The notes under the pieces were generated by a model. It had not been told where the DNA came from. It searched no databases and worked only from the letters and a program-made list of their open reading frames with translations. A stretch of 63,193 bases of DNA, the filler included, from Basidiobolus ranarum (lineage: Eukaryota), in the NCBI GenBank assembly GCA_040143965.1. It is 19 parts of 19 records of this genome, joined end to end, with 100 filler letters (N's around TTAATTAATTAA, not from the genome) between each part and the next. Parts side by side here need not be neighbours in the genome. Positions count along the whole stretch, not along the records: positions 46,677 to 49,901 come from JASJQH010002633.1; positions 50,002 to 53,225 come from JASJQH010002634.1; positions 53,326 to 56,548 come from JASJQH010002635.1; positions 56,649 to 59,871 come from JASJQH010002636.1; positions 59,972 to 63,193 come from JASJQH010002637.1; 14 more parts are not named here. One strand, 5' to 3'. Shown piece by piece: positions 49,717 to 60,539 of this stretch (the first letter of the stretch is position 1; each line of letters begins with the position of its first letter). The position numbers and the translations under genes were made by a program.

Positions 49717-49901
49717 AGCCCCAAGCTTGCACTCTCTGTAATGTCTACTTCTCAAATTTCTGGAACTTTTCCCTCTTCTGAAAAATTGTGTGGAACCAAT
49801 TATCAAGTTTGGAAAATTAAAATGAAAATGCTGCTGCAAGAAAAAGGACTTTGGGACACTATTGAAGGAGAAGAAAACAATGCAAAACTATCTGAAACCG
49901 A
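49717..49901 (+). mobile_element. Copia family A leader and gag start without an LTR
   Basis: Same leader as 3153-3241. Translates to EKLCGTNYQVWKIKMKMLLQEKGLWD. Confidence 0.88.
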
Positions 49902-50069
49902 NNNNNNNNNNNNNNNNNNNNNNNNNNNNNNNNNNNNNNNNNNNNTTAATTAATTAANNNNNNNNNNNNNNNNNNNNNNNNNNNNNNNNNNNNNNNNNNN
50001 NAGGGAGCTCAAGAGAGACTACTAGAGGCAGTTACAGGCTACTGTGTGACTAGAAAGGACTTGACCAGC

Positions 50070-53000
50070 TCAGCTGTCACCATTTTAATCCATTTGGGGT
50101 TGACCGTTTACTTACCATCATAAAATTGTCAAATTAGATTTGATTTTTATCAATTTTTTCAGTTTCAGGAGTGAAATTTCAAGATCTTGCAAAATAGTTG
50201 TGTATGATTGGCTAAAATCTCAGAGAACTGTGGATCAACACATGTGCAAAAAACATAACTCTTATTTTACACAGTTACCACTTGAATGCTAATTTGTCAC
50301 CTCCAAATCCCCAGTCTCTTTAATATATTCTCCTGAATATTTTTATAGAGTTCTTCATACCCATGGTTTAGCTCATACCCAACACAAGTTTGTGTCTATA
50401 TCTCCATCAGAGCACACCATTGTATTAACATTGTATTGGGAAAATATGGGCTGTTTGGAGGAACTTTAGAAAAGTGGAGTTGTGAATAGCTTTGTGAGAT
50501 AATTGTTTATTGTCCAGATATAAAGCATTAATACTTTCTGGTGGAAATACAGAAAACTAACGCTGGGGTTGTGTTCAGAACATCTGTGGGAGTAAAAAGA
50601 GGTATCTTTGGGGCAATTTGGATGAGTTTGAAATTTCCATTATGAAATTACTAATTCTCATGTTACTCACTTATATATATAGTATATGTTCCAATTTTCA
50701 GCAAAGTGATATTTGATTAAGTAATGTTAACTAACTTAAATGTGATATATGATATAGTTAGGTGTATAAAGATAGAGATAACAAATATGATGAAGACAAT
50801 AAACTTCAACACTTCCACTCAACTAAATATTCATATATCTTAATCCTAACATAAATCTTGATTCTTCAAATTTTGGCTTGGGTAATGGTTTGGTAAGGAT
50901 GTCAGCAATCATGTCCTCAGTTGGACAGTACTCCAGTTGGACGTGCTTATTCTCAATAGCTTCCCTAACAAAGTGATGTTGAATGTCAATGTGCTTACTC
51001 CTAGCATGAAATTTCGGATTTTTAGCTAATGAAATACAACTTTGATTATCTTTAAAAATTATGGTGGGTGAACTTTGAGAAATGCCCAAGTCTTTAAAGA
51101 GTTTCCTTAGCCACATAGCCTCCTTTGTTGTGTGTGAAGCTGCCATGTACTCTGCTTCAGTTGTTGAAAGTGCTACGGTTGGTTGTTTCTTGCTATTCCA
51201 AGATATTGCTGCTTCACTATAGAGAAAGGTATATCCAGTTATTGATCTTCTGTCCTCAATATCACATCCCCAATCTGCATCACTAAACCCAATTAGATCC
51301 TTATTCTCATAAGAATATATATATCTTAATCCCAGATCAATTGTCCCCTTCAAATATCTGAAAATCCAACTAAGTAATGTTAACTAACTTATATGCGATA
51401 TATGAAATAGTTAGGTGTATAAAGATAGAGATAACAAATATGATAAAGACAATAAACTTCAACACATTACTGAATCAACATTCTTCCAGCTATCTGGCAG
51501 ATACTTTGCGATATTGTGCCACTCTGTATTAAGTTTTTCCTAAATATCTGTGTGGTCAATACCAGACTGAATGTCAAGTTGAATGTTCTTCTTCTGAAGC
51601 CACTTTCTGCATACTTGCACTGCATTTTTCCATTCATTCTTTTGAAAATACACCTGAAGCACTTTGACTATTTTAATATATCCCTATAGTGTGACAATAC
51701 TGAGGGTGCTTTGTGGTGTTTTTGCGGCTTTTTGCTTGCCTCTACCTATGGGACTAATATCAACACTCTGAAAAGTACCAGTTGAGGTTGGAGAGCTGTG
51801 AGTCTTATTAGCTGGTGCTTTGGCTTGTTGAGAGGTGCTAGGTGTTGGATGAACTTACAAATTTAGCACTCCTCCAACTGGTGTACCCGGTTCTATGGTG
51901 AAATTAAGCTTTATTGCCAGTATATCTAACTCTGGAATTGCAGATCTTTGTAATGGTGTGAAGAATTTGGTAAGTGGGACAGTAGAGCCTAAACTCACTG
52001 GCTCCTTTTCTTTTCCCTGGGATTTACTAACTTCCTGCCCCTTCAGTACTTCTTCAGCTGCTTTTATTTCTTTCCAAGTCAATAATTATGTACATTTTTG
52101 AGATGTTTCATGAATAGGCCTATACTAGCCCAATTGTCATTTGCTTGCAAAAACCCAGGTTAAGCCACATGAAATAAGTCAAGAACCTTCAGAGTACCAC
52201 TTGGTTTTTGGTTTTTCCACAATTGACTCAAATTCAGGTGATTTCAGGCAAGATTCTGCACAGTTTCCAAAATGTTAAACCACTCATCATTAGAGCAAGT
52301 GATAGCACCTCTGACATTCAGAGTCTTTTGGTTTGCCAGTTTTCCTACAAGATTTCTACTTTTGTGTGCCCAAGCTATTTTGGGTCATTGTGTAGGCTTA
52401 ATGGTCTGACACATATTTGGCTCTGCTAGATTGTCTTGGTGAGGTTCATATGTAAGGTGTGGGATTTATTGAAATTCCATATGAGAATGGATGGAGGGAG
52501 CAGCATGTTGCTGTAGCTCAAGAACAGCATTCTGAATGTGTTGTATCATTGTTGAGTGACTCTCTAACTGTGGACTAGATGCTTCCAAATGCTGCATTAA
52601 TTGCAATATTGCAGCATTATTGCTTGTCATGGCCTGTATAGCAACTTCATAGTTTTTACTTCTGATTGCATACAAATCATTACTGTATTCTACCTGCAAT
52701 TCCCTTATTGTCATAATTCTATCCAAATTTTCTATGAAGGATTGTTCAATAGTGGGCAAAGTAGCCATGTTGGAAGTTGATGGTCTTGATGGTGTTTTAG
52801 TTGAGCTTTGCTCAACTATTAATTTACTATGTAATTGGGGGATTACAATCTCTTCACTTGCAATATGCTGGAATGGAACACAACTGGTAAATTGATTAAT
52901 GCTTCATCATTACTTGAGTTAGTTTCCAGCATGTTAATGCCTTCCATAGTGGATTGTGGACAGCTAGACTGCTAATCAATTAAGTCCTCTGTTCTTGCAG

Positions 53001-53225
53001 GTTTTTTTCCTTTTGTGCCAGCAGGCTTTGGCTCGGAAGCCAATTTTGGCTTTGATTTTGAACACTTTTTGAATGGCATTGAAGTTTTCAGATGGTAAGC
53101 TTGGTGTAATGAAATTGCTTAGAAATAGCTTATAATAAACCAAAATTGCCATCCATTACCAGAAATATCTTGTAAATCCCTTGATGACTCATCTGTGACA
53201 CCATCTCAGAATCAGCTGATGATAT
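50070..53225 (-). mobile_element. Family D arm with near-complete ORF2 (ATG 53079), interrupted by a Copia B insertion
   Basis: Continuous similarity to 5470-5930 at one end and to the D terminal segment at the other. ORF pieces at 52466-52768 and 51855-52082. Confidence 0.82.
50434..51464 (-). mobile_element. Internally deleted Copia B (1031 bp): 5' LTR stub, RT end/RNase H ORF (50823-51353), PPT and 3' LTR (50434-50811)
   Basis: GFSDADWG, VALSTTEAEY, KDNQSCI and ADILTKPL motifs. PPT GAGTGGAAG. TSD CATTG/CATTA within family D. Confidence 0.9.
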
Positions 53226-53325
53226 NNNNNNNNNNNNNNNNNNNNNNNNNNNNNNNNNNNNNNNNNNNNTTAATTAATTAANNNNNNNNNNNNNNNNNNN
53301 NNNNNNNNNNNNNNNNNNNNNNNNN

Positions 53326-53833
53326 AATTCACTGCTGACCAAGGAGAGATGATGTCACAGCTGATCCAGGACCTCTGCTTGAAGTACCGCATACATATTG
53401 CACACACCACAGCTTATCATCCACAGGCAAATGGGAAGATAGAGAGAGGGCATGGACCCTTAGTGAACTCAATAGTCAGGTCCTGCCAAGGCAAATCACA
53501 ACTATAGCCACAAAAGCTAAGGAAATGACCTTAGTGGATGGGTGGAAGCCAGAACTATATCTAATAACAAAGCAGAAACAGTTTTGAAGTTTATCTTGGA
53601 AGACACTATTTTCCAATATGGAAATATAGGACAATTCACCACTGACCAAGGAGAGATGATGTGACAGCTGAACCAGGACCTTTGCCTGAAGTATTGCATA
53701 TATATTGCACACACCACAGCATATCATCCACAGGCAAATGGTATTATAGAGAGAGGGCATGAACTCTTAGTAAGCTCAATAGTTAAGTCATGTCAAGGCA
53801 AATCACAACTATAGCCACAAAAGCTGCACTTGG
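53326..53833 (+). mobile_element. Two tandem Gypsy integrase fragments
   Basis: Both match the reverse complement of ~37190-37510 (FTADQGEM, TTAYHPQANG). Confidence 0.85.
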
Positions 53834-56340
53834 TGTTGAAATCAGTGTTGCCTAAACACCAATATAGTTTTATGTAGCTTAGTACTTGGCTATCTTATAA
53901 TTGACTAAGACATTTTCCATTATTCTCAATTATAATTTACTTGGAATATCCTTACCAACTTAGAAGTTCTCAGATAAATAGATTTTTCAAACTTGTGCCA
54001 GAAACCCCAAACTTTGCACACATGGTTCCTGGGACCATTCATAACACATTCTTCAGGTTAGTTTGTTTATATCTTGACAAAACTATAAATGTCAACTTTC
54101 TACCCAATAAAGAATCAAGTGAAAACCACCAATTCCTTTAATTCTCCAAACCACTTCCAACAGGCTCCCAAAAATTCTAACATGTTATGAACCCCAAGCT
54201 TGCACTCTCTGTAATGTCTACTTCTCAAATTTATGAAACTTTTCCCTCTTCTGAAAAATTGGATGGAACCAATTATCAAATTTGGAAAATTAAAATGAAT
54301 ATGCTGATGCAAGAAAATGGACCTTGGGACACTATTATAGGAGAAGAAAACAATGTAAAACTATCTGAAACCAAAGTTTTACTGCAAGTTAAAAAAGAAC
54401 AAAGTGCCTTTGACACAATTTGGTAATTTTAAAGACAAATTTCTAATTCAATGTTCAAGAGCTAAAACTGCCATGAATATAAGGAGAGCCTTGGAAGACA
54501 TCTACAAACAAGTTCTGCTGCAAACAAGATGTTTACAAGAAGACAATTCTATAACTTAAAGATGAAGCCAGGCAAACACATTTAATCACCAATTAGTAGA
54601 GTCACCATTTTAGTGGATGAAATGGAATGCATTGGAGTACCTACTATTGATCAAGAAATCATAGTTGCAGTCCTGATTAGCCATCCACACAAGCTTCAGA
54701 GCCTAGGAATGACTCTAGAATCAAGAGCTGAAAATATGACCTAAAATTATGTATTTGGTAGACTTCTGGATGAAGAGTTATGCAAATCTAGATCCAACCA
54801 AAAGAATGTAGAAAATGCTTAAATAAGCTATGGTAATCTTCCTATAAAGGTCAAAAGCACTTTAAGAAGAAAATACATATTCTAGGATTACTGTAAAAGA
54901 ACTAGCCAGTTGAGCAAATACTGCTTTAAAAGAATGGCAAAAGAATAAAAACATACTGAATCTGGAAATGTGGTTACAACAGAAGATCACTTGTTCATAT
55001 CTTCTCAATTATTGACTACCAACAAGGATTCTCAGACAGAGTATGTTGGTTCTGGAGCTTCCCAAAATTTGACAAATGAAAAAAATTGGTTTGTGTATTA
55101 TGAAGGAATCCCAATTAGAAAGGTTTTCATGCGAGATGATTGAACATTGGATGCTATTGGAAAGGGAGCACTTCAAGTCAATTTAACTGGAGCTTCTGAA
55201 GAAAAAGTACATACATTTAGGGATGTTCCAGATATTGCCAAGAATTTAATATCTGCATGCGCAGCCACCTCAGAAGGGCTAAAATTCAATTTTGATAAAG
55301 CAGGATGCTCCATCATTGATCAAAATGCAAATTATTCAGCTTTTGGCAAGAAGGATCAGAACGTATACAAACTTACATATAATCCAAGAAGTTTATGTGT
55401 AATCTAAACTATTCCAATCAAGAAGCTATTCAATTATGGCATAAGGGATTTGGTCCAATTGGATTTGCATATTTGAGCAACATGTTCAAAAATCACCTAA
55501 TTTCAGAAATTTTAATTGACCCCCCAACCAAAGTGGAAATTTGTGAGGGTTGTATGTATGGGAAACAGGCCAGGCAATCATTCAAGAGCTCTTGTGTAAT
55601 CAAATCTGTTAAAATATTGGATCTAATCAATTGACATTTGCATGGACCTATGCAAAATTTCCCTTTGGATGCAAAAGCTGTTTAATCACATTTATTGATG
55701 ATTATACAAGATACTCTTGGGTCTACTTTATGCAAAGAAATGAAGAAGCTCTTTCTATCTTAAGAGATTTTTAAACACTTGTGGAGACTAAAACTGGAAC
55801 TAAAATCAGGGAAACAGGTACCAGAATGATGGAGAATATACTTCAACACTTTTTAAGCACTTTTGCAAAGTTCAAGAAATTAAGCAAGAAACTACTGCCC
55901 CCTATTCACCTCAACAAAATGGAGTTGCTGAAAGAGTTAACAGGACCAGATCTGAAATGACAAGTTCTATGATAAATACACCAAATATATCTCATAACTT
56001 TTGGGTGGAATCTGTTGCTACAGCTTTGTATCTGAAGAATAGGAGTTTTCCTAGAAGTCTGTCTAACTCTATGCCATATCAAGCTTGGTTTGGAGTTAAA
56101 CCAGATGTACAACATCTGAGTGTCTTTGGATGCATTGCTTATGTCAAAATTGAGACCATATATTGGTCCAAATTTGATCCAAAAAGTAAAAAATGCATAT
56201 TTCTGGGTTATTGTTCTCAAACTAAGGCCCACAGACTCTATGTTATGCAAATTTCCAAGTTAGTTAAGTCCAGGGATGTTTTGTTCAATGAAAATGAGTG
56301 CTTTTCACCCAAAATGATTTCAATATGATGCTGACAATCA
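53834..56340 (+). mobile_element. Copia family A: 5' LTR (53834-54182), decayed PBS, and decayed gag (ATG 54214), protease and integrase
   Basis: EKLDGTNYQIWKIKM, WHKGFG...CEGC, PYSPQQNGVAER and CIFLGY motifs. Confidence 0.92.
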
Positions 56341-58590
56341 ATTTCTCCCAATCCAATTATTCAAATTGATTCAACCAAACAATGAAGAAAATTGCATTCC
56401 TGTGGATGCTGTAGTGGGGTAGCATTGGTACCCACTGGCAGGTTGACTTATTTCCACTCCAAGCTCATATCATTACTATTGCACAATTTCTATTTTATTA
56501 TCCTTATTTGACATAGCCATATTTTCTAGCCTATCATATCACACTATTNNNNNNNNNNNNNNNNNNNNNNNNNNNNNNNNNNNNNNNNNNNNTTAATTAA
56601 TTAANNNNNNNNNNNNNNNNNNNNNNNNNNNNNNNNNNNNNNNNNNNNCACGCGAAGTACGGGGGGATCCCACCAAAGGGCACCCCTGAGGTTGGCTTGC
56701 TGGTTGGGGAATGAGCGACCAGAAAGGTTTTGCCCCACCTTTATATCTTTGACTACAGCTCCACTCGGTCGGCTGTTTGGGCAATAGGCCTTGTATGTAT
56801 ATTAGGACTCTTCATTGACTCGTTTGTATAAATGAAATACCCACCTAAATCAGTGATATCATAACTCAGTAATTCCAAGCGAGTAGCTCTCCCCCCTCCT
56901 CTTCTAATCAATCCACAACATACTTACGCTAGTCATCCCAGTCGCGCGTTTTGAACTTAGTAAATGAAGCCTTCAATTTTCACTGCTTCTTCTATATATT
57001 GACGGAATCTAATTCCGAAATTGAACGAACCCAATATTTAACGATATCACCACACCGGTGCTTCAGCGATGAGAATTGGTCCATTCTCTGCAAGTGAATT
57101 TCAGTCAATCTGCAGTTTTGGTTGGTTCTCGTCCTTTCGTTCATTCGATAATTACGTAATGGACGATCGAGAGATCAAAAGGCCCTTAACTAATCTTAAA
57201 CTCTAAATTGATAGTGCTTAAGGCGTTGGTTGTTGATATGTGTAGGGATCGTATTAAAGCTGCGGTTTCCTTATTAAGACTAGGGGAGGAAACTTCTTAT
57301 TTGGTGCGATTTCAAATCATTTGCTATTTGTGGAATTAATATCCTATGTAACTAAGCAATGCCTCTAGCCCCACTCCAATGAATTAAAAAGATCTGCTAT
57401 GTCTCACTACATATTCGAATTTCCCAGAAACTATCGCTTTTGAATCATTCATTCTTAGATGCGTCAGTAATTATGCCCTTCTTTCATGTAGTGGGCTTAG
57501 AATTTCACTATTTATTCAGCCACTTTAAGCAATACATGTTTTTTCTATTGATATGTAGGCTACCGCTGGCACTTCACTATTATTTCTCGAGTTGGGACGC
57601 AGCGCATGTATGGGATGACTGAGTGACAAGGCTAATGTGAACGTTCAAAATGAGAAAATCCCTCTTAATTTGCTCATCTCCATGAAGACACATGATACGG
57701 GAATGGTAGATTACTCGTTCCAGAGTATTTAGGCTCAATAGTATATTTTTCAAGATGTTACTATCATGTGATCCACCGCTTAGATTTTACACAAGCTGGA
57801 GTGAATATGATTTTCAAGATGTTTCGCTAATAAGCATACAACCAACAATTTCGAATATATTACTGTATATTCGATAAATCTCAAAGAATACTCAAGCATT
57901 TCTATATCTTGTATATATCAATTCGATTCTTGGCGACCTTTCACTAAATACCTATTGTTGGACGAATAATTACTTTTCATGCTTGGCGCAAGATTCGCCA
58001 TGCTCTTACATGATCCAATTATTACAAATTTGCTTCACTTTATGCTGATAACCGTATGAATGGCTAAAATGACCTTTGTAGGAGAAGTATGGCAAGGCTG
58101 AAGTTAGTCTTACAAAAATGATGATATGTACAACTCAAGAAATGTTAGCCAGATGGCCTGAACAAACATCTCGCTCTTCGGGAGTATTTTTTTGAATATA
58201 CATAAAATTTCGTGTGCTATAAACAGTGTTGTGCTTAAAATGTTAGAATCCTACCAATTGGCGCAAATATAGAGACATTTTATGCATATGGTATGGTACT
58301 TGTTTTATGTAGCCACTGTTAGCGTACTTATTGAACATTACTTTAACCAATACTCAATTTTAGTCCAATAAGACTTCTGGTGAATACTCTAAGTGGATCC
58401 AAAATATCTCACTCATACCATTATAATAAGTAATATATGTTTTTTTGTTATTTGGCATTTATAGTACATAGATCATATCTACGTTTCTTCATTCACTTAT
58501 GAGGAAATTTACTCCATCCTATTTTTATATCCACATGAGTCACCTCAAGATATGGTCTATTTCAGTCAATGATGATTCTGATGGAGATAT

Positions 58591-59230
58591 TGTTGATTTT
58601 GAGAGTTTGTTGGGAGTGGTTTGCAGAAATAGAAAAATTGATGGTTTTCACTCGTGGATTTGTTGAGTAGAAAGTTAACATTTATAGTTATGTCAAGAGA
58701 CCAGTAAACAAGCATGGAGAGTGTGCTAAGGAAGCTCCCAGAAGCATGTGTGCAAATTTTCGGATTCTAGAATAGGTTATCAAAACCTTCACACATGAAA
58801 ACTTCTAAGTTAGTAAAATAATTAAGTAGATTTTTGATTGATAATAGTGAATGGTATCTTGGCAAATATGGAATAACTAAGTACTAAGCTATATATGACT
58901 ATGTAGGTCTTGGTCTATGCTAATCTTAACACTCTCCCTCAACTCAACATTGATACTAATTAATCCTAAGAATAGACTAAATTTCTCAAGAATCTGCCTG
59001 GCTAATGATTATGTTGATATACCAGTAATCATATTCTCTATGAAACAATTGGTTTATTTAATATTCCTACTTCCAATAGTCTCCCTAATAAAATGATGTC
59101 AGATATTTATTTGCTTACTTCTAGCCTCAAACATGCAACTTCTATTTAATATGACAAAACTCTCATTATCTTGAAGCAGAGTAGTTGATGAGTTTTAGGG
59201 ATGGCCCAAATCCGTTAGACATTTTCATGA
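58591..59230 (-). mobile_element. Old Copia A-like 3' LTR (58591-58931), PPT and RNase H remnant
   Basis: Diverged LTR-A. Purine tract GAGGGAGAG. QDNES and RSKQINI*HHFIRE remnants. Confidence 0.75.
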
Positions 59231-59410
59231 AGAGAGGGATATTCTAACTACAGCTTTTGACTTTCATGTTAAAAAGTAAGCATGTTGAGTTTGTTTAACA
59301 GGAAGGAAAATAGGTACCAAATAGTTGGCATGCAAAGCTGATGAGCAAAATATAATTACAAAATTTCTGACACCTCTCATGTTACATCAAAGATCGTACT
59401 TATTGGTCTT

Positions 59411-59871
59411 GGTTAAAGTATTTGGGAGCCTGTTGTAAGTGGTTTGGAGAAATAGAGAAGTTGGTGGTTTTCACTTATTGATTGAGTAGAAAGTGACGTT
59501 TATACTTTGTTAATATTTAAGCAAACTAACATATACAGAGTGTTAAGAAAGGTCCCAGGAACATGGGTCTAAAGTTTGGGGCTCTTGACATAAGTTTGAT
59601 AAATCTATATATCTGGGAACTTCCAAGTTGGTAAAAATATTCCAAGTAAATTCCTCTTGAGAGTAATGGGTAATATCTTAGTTCAATATAGGATAGCTAA
59701 ATACTGTTGAAATTAGCATTGCCTAAACACCTATATAGTCATATATAGCTTAGTACTTAATTATCTTATAATTCACTAAGATATTATCAATTATTCTCAA
59801 TCGGAATTTACTTAGAATATTTTTACCAACTTAGAAGTTCTCAGATATATAGATTTTTCAAACTTGTGCTA
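59411..59871. repeat. LTR-A (minus, 59411-59704) interrupted by an LTR-A in the opposite orientation (plus, 59705-59871)
   Basis: Both match 2798-3145. Confidence 0.88.
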
Positions 59872-60539
59872 NNNNNNNNNNNNNNNNNNNNNNNNNNNNN
59901 NNNNNNNNNNNNNNNTTAATTAATTAANNNNNNNNNNNNNNNNNNNNNNNNNNNNNNNNNNNNNNNNNNNNCGTTACATGTTGTTTGGACACTCTCCTTC
60001 CCGTAAATTCTTTAACTAGACTAGTTTAATCTGTCACAGCTTGTTATGATACCATGTTCTATTAAGAGAGTCTTTCAATTCATCAGCACCTTCCTAATTT
60101 GAGAATAAAATTTAAACTTATAATAAAAACAAGATATAATCATTATGAAACACATATCACTCCAGATTGTATCTTAACGAGCATTTATATTATATTGGCC
60201 AGCAAATCGCACGTCTCGTGCACGAGGCCATTAAAGTATTAAGACCGTCGTTGATGGATGAAAAAGCTTATCTGTGTAAATTTAATATAATGTAACTTTA
60301 TATAAGCAGAGTATTGTTCGGGCAGATACAAACCAATCTAAGTAAAACTATCATCTAATCTCGAGCCCTTTGTGATAACCCTAGAGTAATTTCACAAATT
60401 ACCAGCGCAAAAATGGTTGACATAAGGAAGTTGATCAACGTAAAATACATCAAAAATCTCCTTTTTTCGGTAAAGGATCAAGTCATGAACCTTTAGGAAT
60501 ATGAGGATGTAAGAAATTGTCAAATCAGATGTTCAAATA

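Noticed and set aside
3242-59971. Regularly spaced TTAATTAATTAA every ~3.3 kb as a biological repeat or CRISPR-like array
   Set aside because: Always embedded in N44 runs, so it is an artificial contig joiner. ORFs containing X runs or ending LIN are artefacts of it.
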